Counted from the whole stretch's first letter, positions 37,501 to 48,519 are shown. The stretch: 50,811 nucleotides of DNA, filler included, from Bipalium vagum (GCA_037834085.1; 3 parts of 3 records of this genome joined end to end with filler, not necessarily neighbours in it), one strand, 5' to 3'. Notes: a model not told the origin generated them from the letters alone. Numbers and translations: made by a program.

Positions 37501-39247
37501 AATTTCTGAAATGGACCACTTCTTTAATCGGACCAAACTCCATATTTGGACCAATAATTTTTAATTATCATATTTCTCGATATTTTCATTAAAAAAAATA
37601 AAATTCTTGGTCCAAAATTTCAATGATTTGTTTAAAAGTTTAATAATTTGTTTTAATAATATTTTGGTATATAACACTTTCAAAATCGGGAGTGAGTAAA
37701 AAATTATCATAACTAAAACTAAAATTACTTATTATTTAATTCAAAAACGTTGAAATATAATATTATTTTTTGGACTTGTTGTTGATTTTTTATTTCTATT
37801 ATTACATCAATATAAGTTCATATAAAACATGTTTTCTAGTCTTTTTATGTCTTAACTTTTAATATTGAACCACTTTTGAAATTTTGTGGTCCAAAATAGA
37901 AGTTGCACTGTAGTTATAATTATTTATACTATATTAAGGCATTTTATTTTTATGGTTTATAACTATGTTTATATTAAAAAGTCACAAACTATATTTTTTG
38001 TAGTAACTAGCGGAAATGACACAACGAGAGTAAAGTACTTGTAATTTCAAAATTATTTTAAAAAAATTTTCCAAAACTTTATGATTTGTAGGGGTACTAA
38101 GTACGAATATGTTGAAATCGGAAAATTCTGTGTGGCGTCTAATATTAAATGGAGTGCTCCGCAATGGAAATTTCACAGAGATGTTGGAAAAACATCAGTG
38201 AATTTCTCTGACCTCCACGAAATTGGAGATGAAAATCTCAATGACGATCAAAATCAATGTCAATCTGATGATGCTACTGAAGATCTCGACGACTGCGATG
38301 ACGACCTGCTCCAAAATGAAGGTCATAGAAAGCTATAATAGGCGCACATTTATGTGAAAACGATCAAGTTCGTGATAGAAGAAACTTGTTTTTGAAAAAA
38401 TATTTTGTACGTACGAATCCCGGTATCTCCGAATAATTTCCAACTAGCAATGTTTATAGTAGTCTATTTTAAATTTTAAAAAAGTAACATGACCTCATTC
38501 CTTCCATTCGTTTCCAAAAAAAATTTTTTCGAAAATCCTACGTGTCCCCGGTTTTCCCATACCCACTACTTCATTACAATTTTTTTTAATTTGTTCAATT
38601 TGTACAAGGCAGTGCACAAATATATTTTGAGGGACTTTTGAGAATTAATAATTTGTTTTAATTAACGACTCACGGCAAAAGACATCAGTACACTTCCTAG
38701 ATTTACTGAATCACATACAAGAAACCAAGAACGATAGCCAAAAATATAGACGAAGAAACCTTGAGACATCGGCTCAAGGTTTAGTGAGTTAATTACAATA
38801 TCGATTCATTATCATACTCATTTTTTCAAGGTCCGACTTCCCTCTTTTGACATTCATTTGTCAATTTTTAATGTAGAATAAATAGTGACTTAAAAAATAG
38901 ATGACACGGTTTCAAGAAGGGGTCAGTAAAATCCTTCTAATTTTTTTTCTAAATCCTTCTATATTTTGCTCATTCCCACTTTCTCATGGTATTACATTTT
39001 AATTTGTTTCAATACATGTACTTTTACACTCCAATGTTATTATTGTACTACATTGGGCATTCATTTCTTGTATTATTTTGCATCAATGGTTTCCTTCTAT
39101 TAACATTCTTCTCTCCTTAACCAAAGGTGTGCTTAGAAATGAATTCGAATGGAACATAAGCCTAAATGTTCTTGAGAATTTTTATTTTTTCCGGCAATTC
39201 TCAATACAAAGGTAAGACAGAGAATAGAGTTAAACAAAAATAATTTC

Positions 39248-39385
39248 NNNNNNNNNNNNNNNNNNNNNNNNNNNNNNNNNNNNNNNNNNNNNNNNNNNNN
39301 NNNNNNNNNNNNNNNNNNNNNNNNNNNNNNNNNNNNNNNNNNNNNNNNNNNNNNNNNNNNNNNNNNNNNNNNNNNNNNNNNNNNN
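39248..39385. other. Scaffold gap (138 N)
   Basis: Run of N without a linker. Confidence 0.97.
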
Positions 39386-40170
39386 AAAAAGAGCATCACG
39401 GCATTATCATTCCAAAAAAATGGAGAGCATTAAAGCTTTTTCATGTGATGATATTTTCATCTTTCTTAAACTGGTCCTTCTGGAAGTGTCCATTCTTTTG
39501 ATTCCTTTCTAGATTCAGGTATATAGAGAGATAGAGGCGTCTCAGCCATCGTGATGAAGTTATCCAACATGTGGTCCCCAACACGTATAATTTCCAGATT
39601 CAGTTGGCAGCCCTCCAAGCGGCGAGATCGTATATCAGCAGGTAGAAAACGTGACATGAATCGAGAGCACAACTTTAAATGCCACTTCTTGCCAATAATG
39701 ATTGAATAGTACCTTTGCTAACATTTAGACTCACAGTGAGCTCTCTTTTTGTGATTCATCTTTCATATTGTATAATTTCATGTAGGTTTTCCGTTAGTTT
39801 TTCGCTGACTTCGCATGATCTTCCTGATTTTTCTACGTTCACCACTGAAGTTCTTCCAGCTTTAAATTCATTGTACCATTGTTTTGTTGTAGCCCACGAA
39901 GGACATTGTTCACCTTAAGCATCATCTAATTCATTTTGAATTTCTTCTCGACTTCTTTTCTTCAAATGGAGGAAACGAATGACGTTCCTATTTTGCACAT
40001 TTTCTAAAGACATTTAAAAAAACGCGATTTACCTGATGAACAAAAAATAATATATTAAAACAAATATCTCACATTTACCTGTAATATATTGCACTTTATA
40101 TAATTATAATATTTTTTTTATTTACATTAACCTTTCTGCATTAGGCTCACTTCTTATGGGGCACACCACG
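39386..40170 (-). mobile_element. Mariner element 5' half (cut by the gap)
   Basis: TIR at ~40146-40170. ATG at 40013 gives MSLENVQNRNVIRFLHLK..WYNEFKAGRTSV...SGR..NFITMAET...YIPESRKESKEW..MLSIFWND, with stops. Confidence 0.88.
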
Positions 40171-40449
40171 TATTGATGAAAATTTACTTCTTTCCCTTCG
40201 TTAATAAAAATATAACGATAGAATAAACATATTTTTATTTTATTTTTAAAATCTTGAGTCAGGTTTTGTCAAGTTAAATTTAAAAATTATTTTTATTTAT
40301 TTATTATTTATAATTTAATTAGATTATTTTTATTTAATATCTGTTCCTTTTCTACAATGTCAAAAACAAGAAATTTTTTTGCATTTATAACTAATATTTT
40401 AAAAACAATAATTAAAAAGAAAAATTAAAACAAACGCAGATCAATACAA

Positions 40450-40700
40450 AAATTAAAAATAAAATTTCAACCAAATTAAAACAAATTAAAAATAAAATTT
40501 CAACCAAATTAAAACAAATTAAAAATAAAATTTCAACCAAATTAAAAATAAAATTTCAACCAAATTAAAACAAATTAAAAATAAAATTTCAACCAAAATA
40601 AAACAAATTAAAAATAAAGTTTCAACCAAATTAAAACAAATTAAAAATAAAGTTTCAACCAAATTAAAACAAAGTAAGAAAATTTCAACTAAATTAAAGT
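40450..40700. repeat. 33-bp minisatellite, ~7 units
   Basis: Unit AAAATAAAATTTCAACCAAATTAAAACAAATTA in tandem, with one internally deleted unit. Confidence 0.92.
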
Positions 40701-40741
40701 AAAAGCGTTTGCAAAGTTGTAAAACCTGGACCAAGTCCCAG

Positions 40742-41597
40742 CTAGCAGATTTTGTTTTCAAAGAAATATTTGTCGTGACAAAGGTTAAAATACATCAATA
40801 ACCCCCGAATTGAGTTATGGGAGAAGTCGTTCTTGGGTCCCAAAATGAAATTACATTGATTTTGAACGAGATATTGTACAAAATTGGGACGATCCGATTT
40901 TTTAACTTCTTTTATCAAAATTACTTGGTTCTTCTTATTAAGAGGTATAAGAGGACTTTGTAAGTAGATGAGGCAATTTTTATAATCGGCGCAATTGCCG
41001 TTGGTTGTGAATAGCAAAATATCCCGGACGACAGCCTGGCAGGAAGCTGTAGTGCTTGAGAAGCACTGGATTAAAGGAGACCTTAAAATAAAAAGTTTAT
41101 TATTTTCTTTTACAACCAGAACCATGAAGAAAGAATTATTCATAAATTTGCCGATGGAGATCAGGTTGGCCATGTCGGTAATTTCATAATCAACATTTTC
41201 CTCTAAATCGAAGGATTTGCATAATCTTCTGATTAAATCATTTCGAACATTTTTTGGAGCTTTAGGACACTGAAAGAAAAATCATCATTACCCACCAATT
41301 CAAAGTAAATATACTCACAATTGAAATTTTTCTATTATAAACGGCAAAAACAGTGGCAACGGTACATTTGGTATTGGATTTGCATATTTCAGGATGTTCA
41401 TAAACTAAGCAAAGCATCTTAGTTGCATCAAATTGAAAATAATGGCATTCGGTCGAGTGGCACTGAAGAGCACATTCAATCAATGACGACAATTTAACCT
41501 TCTCGTGATTTTCGGGCGCACATTTCTCAGCGGAATGGTAAAATAAATTGGATTCCACTTGTGAAATAATCAAAGTGAAACAAATCGATAAAATCAT
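40742..41597 (-). CDS. Secreted cysteine-rich PAN/apple-domain protein, ~268 aa
   Basis: Exon 41597-41319 encodes a signal-like MILSICFTLIISQVES and a PAN-like SLIECALQCHSTECHYFQFD...LCLVY. A 49-nt GTGAGT..TTTCAG intron joins it in frame to exon 41269-40742 (ORF 40742-41173). Confidence 0.72.
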
Positions 41598-42089
41598 TTG
41601 ACAGATTTTCAAAAATGTTGAAAATATTTTATAATGCTTACTTTTATTCTGTCCAGTCAGATATTTCTTCAGATTTTCTTGTCCATGCTTGTGTGTTTTT
41701 GCATCATTTAAATATTTTATCAAATGAAAATGGTTTTTCTATCTTATTTTGTCACCCATCGTTTGTTTTTGACAGTTTTACATTTTCCAGATTTTGATAG
41801 CAAAAATAAGACACCGTGGCTTCATGAGACTTGAACTGTTTTCTGTTAAAAAATTCTTCATTGATCGATAAAATAATGTTTGAAGAAACGTTTAAGAACG
41901 TTCCTTTCCCATTCAATCAATTTGTGAACAATCCTCTCAGATTTTAGTGGTCTTGAATTGTCCTGGTGACAACTTTATTTCTGTTGAAAAGAATTGAACC
42001 TTTTTTTTTCAACAGAAAATCCATTTAACCACAGTCACATTCAACATTCCTTTTTTGATTGCTTGGTAAATTTCCTAATAAATTATTGC

Positions 42090-42546
42090 AGACTAATTCC
42101 AATAAATACATATAGTCGTGGTCATAATTCATCGGTCACTCTGTCATTTATTTACTCCTATTCCTGTGGACTCTGATTTTTTCCTTAAAAGAAAACCGTC
42201 AATGCAATGGTCTATAAAACTATTCACGAATAAGTTAAACCGATTCTTGCAATTAAGAAAGGAGCGCCGTGCCATTAACAAGGCTTGGTTTATTAATAAT
42301 AACATTAATGATCTGGGTCCATGACCAGGAAACTCTCCGGATCTATCGTCCATTGAGAACTATTGGAAAGTTCTAAAACAAAAGTCTCACTGCATAATCT
42401 TTACATCATACCATACTTTACATCATAAGTAAATACTTAAAATAACTGTTTTGGGTAAACGAAATTAAGATGAACTTTTGCTCAAACTTGATTGGTTCTA
42501 TGCCGAACAGGTTGATTGCAGTACTTGAAGCAAAGGGTAAACAAAC
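42090..42546 (+). mobile_element. Tc1-family transposase C-terminal relic, interrupted by the LTR element
   Basis: GAPCH..KAWFINNNI..*PGNSPDLSSIENYWKVLK...SMPNRLIAVLEAKGKQT breaks off just before the usual terminal KY*. Confidence 0.85.
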
Positions 42547-42722
42547 TGTTAAGATCCTAAAATTTGGGTTGATGTTAGGAGTGGAGCTTACTATGCTTAG
42601 GTCTTAACGTGTGAAGGTTGCTTAATTTTGTGTTCGGTTTAATCTGCTTTTTTGTGTCTTTTCTACGCTTTTCGTTTCCTTTTTATATTGTTCTTTTTGT
42701 CTTCTTTCTCTAAATAGTAACT
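42547..42722 (-). repeat. Putative short 3' LTR preceded by a polypurine tract
   Basis: Minus strand reads purine tract AAGAAAAGGGA, then AGTTA...TAACA, with internal TATAAAA and ATTAAA. The inner boundary is uncertain and no second LTR is in the window. Confidence 0.35.
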
Positions 42723-43194
42723 TCCCTTTTCTTATTTCAATTTTCTTATCCCTTTTTTTTAATTTTATTATCTCTATAATTCCTAATATAAAATTTTTAC
42801 TTATTTTTTATTATTAGTAACTTTATGTTACTTTATTATAAATGTTCTCTAAATCTCCTAATTTTCTTACTTATTAAATAAATAAATACCATTATTAATA
42901 ATATATATATATGCGTTATCTATTATGATATTTCACATTCTTTTTACACATTATTTATTATTGCTTAATTATTATTTTATTATATTTTGTGAAATCAATC
43001 AAGAACGATTTACAATACATATATATATATTTTTAACTTTACACGGAGGATACCAAATTAGGATATATATTAAATCGAGTTACATTAATCAAATCATAAA
43101 TAAAATTGAAGAAAATAATTATCACACAATGTAACACAAAGTCAAGTTTTAGTTTTTTGGTGGATTACACCATGTAAAAACACAATATCAAGGA

Positions 43195-44719
43195 TCAGTT
43201 TTTTGGCTTGGATTGCTTTGGAATGGTGGCTTGAATTGTTTGGAATGGTTGATCCTGATTTGGCTGATTTGAGCCCTCCTGATTTAACTGTAGTCTCCAC
43301 ATTTCCCCAAAAGAAGGTTGAGGCATGTGTAAGATGACATGCTCACCTTTGGGACCACGGGCGATAACTGCCACTACTTCGAATGATTTCCCCTGTGAGG
43401 ATAGTATGGACTTTGGGATAGTATGGTTTTGAGTTATTTGTGCCTCCTGTTTGATTTTCTTGCCTTTAAATTTCGTTAAAGATACATCTATATCCAATGG
43501 GTGAGTTATTGGTAGTGCGTGAAAGGCTTGCGTATTGCTTGCTTCTTTACTACTTGTCTCTTCAGTGTGTGATTCTGATGAGAAAAATAATTCTTTAGCC
43601 CGTCGAACCAAACTCGGAACACGCACGCGTTTCCGGTTTTTCTTCGATTTTGGCGATGTTAAGGGACTTGGTATTTTATCTGGGAGTGGTATAGAGTCAA
43701 GGGGAATTTTTGCTGCTTTTCTTAGGGGTGGAGACGGTGCTGGTAAGTCAAACGGACCATTATCAATGTCACCTATTGTTAGGATGCAATCCTCGTATTC
43801 TGATGTATCAAAAGAAATATTAGACGTCATAGATACGAGATCAGGGTCAGTAGCTGGGGTAATGTCTGTTGGTTTTATGGCATGTGTGCATTGTATTTTA
43901 TGTTTTTTGACAATGTCAGTGTCAGCTAATGGACTTCAGTTGCTAACATGTTATCAAATATCTTTTTTCCTCTACCGTTACCAAAAGGACGGTAAGTGGA
44001 GATGGAGGCGGCGGGTTTTCGATTCTTTCATTTATCTGATTATCTGCTGCTATTTCTTGGGTATTTTGCAGTTCTTTTAGGGTGTTCAACTCAATCTTAA
44101 ACCGCATTTCCCTGACGTAATGCGTGTTTTTGAAGCATTGTACATCTCTTCAGGCGGGACCTCTTTTGCTTGTAGATGATAATTCAGGAATTTTTAATTT
44201 AGTTGCTGCATTTTGCAACTTTAAAATGCTCTTGGGTGGTATATTCATTAGGTTCATTAAATAGGGTAGCATTTGAAGGTCTATGTATTCGGAAAGAGTT
44301 TGGGTGGGTACTCTGCCTAATGTTAGCAAATATTTCACTTGATTTGCTATTACTACCTTTTCATTTAAGGCCTCGTTTAGGTACTCATATGCGAGGGGTT
44401 CATCCAAACTGCTGTTAAATGCCTGGTCGACAATGCCGGTTTGTTGATAGTTTATTTTAAAGTAATTGCGGGGGGATATTCATCTATTTGTATAATGGCG
44501 TCGGGTTTTGCCTCAGGAAAGTATTTGCTTAGGGTATGTTAAGTGTTTTTGTGTTGATGAATATGATGTACTAGTTTGGGGATTCGAAGTAGTTGCGTTA
44601 TTAGTTTTGAATTTTACAGGAGTTGAATTGCTGCTTTGGGATTTTGGAGGAATTGAGTAGAAATTACATTGTCGGGACACATTAAATCCGTATTGCGTGG
44701 ACTGTGGCTTTTTGGACAT
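43195..44719 (-). pseudogene. Decayed ~500-codon orphan ORF inside the LTR element
   Basis: ORFs 44513-44755, 44150-44407 and 43195-43830, plus intervening translatable stretches (e.g. HYVREMRFKIELNTLKELQNTQEIAADNQINERIENPPPPSP), form one co-oriented S/T/P-rich coding tract broken by stops and frameshifts. Confidence 0.55.
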
Positions 44720-44842
44720 TATTTGCTCTGAAATTAAATTAAAACTGAACACCATTCTAACATTTAAGATGAATAGATGTGTGTTAAAGGATAAAAAGAA
44801 ACATAATAATGAATTATCATTATTTGCTACGCGCTTTAATTG

Positions 44843-45740
44843 TCATAACTCTGTCATTTCATACATGACAGGTTCTATTCTTTCAACATTAGTACATAAT
44901 TTTTTCTTGGGTATAAATTTTGCCAAATAATATCCAAAAAGAAGTAAACTGATTAAAGAGATAAAACAAAAATCACAATTAGTGCCATAAAGGAACGGTT
45001 AGATCGGGGAATCAAATCAAGAACGATATCACGCATTATTTTATCATTATCGTTTTCTCTATTATTATTATTGTTAATATTTTCAATAAAAAGATGATTT
45101 TTAAATCGTTTAATTTGGGGTTCATGATGCTCTCTCAAGATTATATTGAGATGTTCTGGGAATATCTTATTAACGGCTTTTGAATTATTTATTATTAAGG
45201 GTGTAAAATATGTCTCTAGCAACCACCAATGTTGCTGATAATAAATATATTGCTCAAATTCAATGATGTGTTTTCCAATGGGTAAGTTATTTAGGGTTAT
45301 ATTGGTGCTGTTTTTGTATAATATGCCACATGATTTTTTATGAGTATAGGGCGAATATATGGTACACACTATTTTTTCAAGTGAATGTGCTGTGTATTTC
45401 CAACTTCTGCTATCGGGGGAAATTATAATGGTTAATTGGAGGTTTTAAAATTTAACCTGGTGATGTATGAGACAATGCTTATTTTGGAAAATGTCGGTAA
45501 TAGTAATGTTAATATAATATTGACCAAACTTATCTAACTATCTTAGTAAAATAGTTTGTGAGCCCGGATGTAATGGTGTTGAAGACAATTGAGTGATCTT
45601 TGTTATGACAGATATATTAATATCAGTAGATGCCTTGGGTTTGAAGAGGTGTAATCATAGCGATATTAGTACGACAGCCTGTCCATTTAAAAGAGTCTAC
45701 TTGTATACAGCAGAGTAATAAAAGTGTGAAAAAAAAAGTT
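44843..45740 (-). pseudogene. Env-like type I membrane glycoprotein ORF (decayed, ~300 codons)
   Basis: Signal-like FFTLLLLCCIQVDS, N-glycosylation sequons (NIT, NST, NNS, NRS), and a TM segment FMALIVIFVLS/ISLLLFGYYL followed by AKFIPKKK and a short tail ending YEMTEL*. Several stops and frameshifts. Confidence 0.6.
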
Positions 45741-46273
45741 TATTAGAACGCAAGTTATATCGAGGAGAGGGTGATGTATCGGTTTGTGGTTTTTTGACTT
45801 TATTGATGTTATTTGATGTGGTCGATTGATCAATATTTTCAATAATATTGTCATTTGTTTTTTTACATCGATTTATGTGTATTAATTTAGCGTCTTTTAA
45901 TGGTTTGCGGGGATCTCGTAATAGAAAGTTACAATCCAGAATCCTTTCAACAATGATAGGTCCTTTGAATGTCCGGTTGAATTTTGGGGATTGTCCTTTT
46001 TTGACACTTGGATTTTCTATCATCAGTCTGTCTCCTATTTTAATATCGGGATTTTTTGCTTTTTATCATAATTTTCTTTCAATTTTCCTGATTATATTTG
46101 AACCAGCTTTGCTCCATGCCCCTTGCATTCTTTCTTTCATAAGGGTGACATAATCGGGTTCCTCCATATATTGGCTAGTAGGCTTTTGAAAAATAAGATC
46201 AATTGGTATATTAGAATTTCTTAAATACATTAAATAATAGGAAGTGAAGCCTGTTCCTAAGTGAAAGGCATTT
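45697..46273 (-). pseudogene. Gypsy integrase C-terminal region (GPY/F domain)
   Basis: NAFHLGTGFTSYYLMYLRNSNIPIDL...IKIGDRLMI...PKFNRTFKGPIIVERI...NFLL...IHINRCK...RYNLRS. Confidence 0.9.
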
Positions 46274-47433
46274 CATTCTTTAAATTTTCAGGATTAGCCA
46301 TAGGCTCAACCAACTTCGTTGGACTTTTAGATGCTTCAGTTGGTGTCATTCCAATTGAACTATGAATTTTATTATTATAAAAATTAATTAAATTTGGTAA
46401 TAAATGTAACCATTTTCGATTTCCCTGTTCCGTAAATTTTTAACTGTGAGAATTATTTTATAATCTTTTTCTCCAGGAACAAATGTAAGATCTGCAGACC
46501 AAATAGAATCTTTGTTATTTACTTTTACTTTTAAGAAATTTTTAGGTTTTCTAAATTCTTTATGAAGTTCAGTTGCTAATTGTTTACTTTTTTCAGGAGG
46601 AAGAAATTTTGAGTTTTCAAATAGTTTTTCATTTGTGAGCAATTTTGTTGCTCTAGTCGGAAGCGCGAGTGTCTTTGTTACTCTTTCTAAGCAAATTCCA
46701 AGAGCAACTTTTCCTTTCATAATTAATTTTACAATTGCTCTTTCAAGTTTTTCTTTTGGAGTTGGATTTTGAATATTGTTCATTTATGAATCATTTCAAC
46801 ATCTGCAACATGTCTATCTTTTAAATCTGTTGACATATATTTCACATCATGTTTCATTGCTGCTTGATCAACTCGATTTATTGGAATTGAATCAGATTTT
46901 GGAATTGGAAGAATTGATAAATCTTGATTTTCCTTATAATTTTCTACGATTTCATTATAGTTTTCTAAACGTTTATCAACATGAGTTCCAGGTCCTGTGA
47001 AATTGTGAACTGGGTTTGTTTTGTTTAAAGGCTTTAAAGATTTTAAATGTAATTCTTCTGCATATCTTCCAGTTGTAAATTTATTTAAAAATTTATTATT
47101 TGTAATTGAAGATTGGATATCTCCTTCTGTTTTTATAAAAAAAGATGGATATTTTCTTGAATTTTTTGAATATTTAGATTTTTATTTTTTGTCGTTGATA
47201 AAAATTTTCCAGTCGTTGTTTTTTTTATTGATATTATTATTAATTATCGTTATTTTTATCGTTGATTTTTCGTCGTTGTCGTTGTTTTTACTTGTTGTTT
47301 TTTCATTGTAATCTTTGTTTTTTCGTTGAAATCGTTGAATATTTTTTTCATGTATGTTTGTATTTTAATGATGAATTTTATTTTTTTTATTAATAGATTT
47401 ATCACAAATTTCGCAATACCATTTTTCAACCAT
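46274..47433 (-). pseudogene. Maverick/Polinton (adintovirus-like) ZnF-PLA2-integrase gene, frameshifted and internally deleted
   Basis: C2H2-like MVEKWYCEICDKSINKKNK..H*.T..H; parvovirus-type PLA2 HNFTGPGT...PINRVDQAAMKHDVKY...RHVADVEM; integrase LATELHKEFRK...IWSADL..YKIILTV, then a deletion, then FTEQGNRKWLHLLPNLINFYNNKIHSSIGMTPTEAS. Confidence 0.88.
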
Positions 47434-47449
47434 TTTTTAATTTTAAAAT

Positions 47450-47772
47450 TTATTTATTTAAAAATTTAAGTAATTTGTTTTGATAAAATTTTAATATTTC
47501 CACCCTTAGATTTTCATCTATTTCAGAGTAATTATAAATAATTATATCATTCAGATTTTCATGTTTTTTCATTTTATTTTTATATGGTTCAAATATACAA
47601 TTTTCTATTAACCATAATAAATCTTTGGAATAAGATTTTAAATCTTTTTCTTCGAAGTTATAATTTTTAGCTGTTAAAAATATTTCACAATATTTATTTT
47701 GTGGAAATTTATTTTCAATTTTATTAAATTCTTCATTAGACAAATTATTTAAATCGTTTTTTTAGTTTCCAT
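47450..47772 (-). CDS. Small hypothetical ORF, probably a Maverick accessory gene
   Basis: 97-aa K/N/E-rich ORF ending 16 bp before the ZnF-PLA2-INT ATG, on the same strand. An ATG at 47772 is reachable with one frameshift. Confidence 0.45.
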
Positions 47773-48519
47773 TTTTTAAGAAAAAATTAAATTTTTTCAG
47801 TTAAAATTTTTTTGAATTTTTTAGTAATTTATTTATTATTTTTTTAATTTTTTTTTTCAATTTTTTAATTTCAATTTTTTAATTATTTTTTGATTTCTAG
47901 TATATATTTCAATTGTATGAAAAAAATTTATATTTTATGAGCCACACAATGGGGATCTTATCTGTAAATACGTTTTTGACGAACGAATGAGCGTGTGTGC
48001 CGGGACGGGTACAAATGGGGTCCCCTTTGTGTGAAGAATATAAAGCAAATGTATAGTCAATTGTATGACCAACGAAAAAAGTAAACTAAAATTGATTTAA
48101 CTTTTAAAATATAAGTATGAATCGTCATTTTTACTTTTTCGTTGTTATTATTGATTATGTTTAAAGGTTTTATGAAATAAAAATATACTAATGTCCCTTC
48201 ATTTGTCATATTTTAAAGGACTTGAACAGATTTGAACGTTTTGTATTATTTTCTAATTTTTGTTTGCATAACTTTTTTTGGGTATCTATCTCTTACGCAA
48301 ATCGAGATCCCTCTGTTTTACTATTATTATTATTGGTGTTTATTATATTTAGGCCATCTTTATCAATAATAAATTGTAATATTTTAAATTTTTTTTATAA
48401 AATAAGTAAACGTTTATAATTCATAAATACACTGTCGAATGAAAGTTATTTAAGATTTATATATATATATTTTTTTTTCAAGTCGTAAAATATTAATCAA
48501 TCGATCTAATTACCAAAAA

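Larger units (their letters stand above)
42547..46273 (-). mobile_element. 3' half of a Ty3/Gypsy LTR retrotransposon: integrase C-terminus, env-like ORF, orphan ORF, putative 3' LTR
   Basis: Integrase motifs (see sub-feature), co-oriented downstream ORFs, and a ...TTAACA end (TG on + at 42547) exactly where the Tc1 relic is cut. Confidence 0.75.

Noticed and set aside
38081-38570. 85-aa acidic ORF followed by a GC-rich terminus-like sequence
   Set aside because: Possibly a transposon 3' end, but there is no diagnostic motif or partner TIR, so it is left unassigned.
38740-38790. GAAA-stem-GTT arrangement suggesting a hammerhead ribozyme
   Set aside because: No CTGANGA core, stem II or stem I in the required positions.
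40450-40700. 33-bp periodic array as a CRISPR, and ORF 40519-40761
   Set aside because: Units are contiguous with no unique spacers and there are no cas genes in this eukaryotic context. The ORF is a by-product of the 33-bp period.
43535-44080. 181-aa plus-strand ORF
   Set aside because: Antisense shadow of the minus-strand orphan ORF, with no recognisable motifs.
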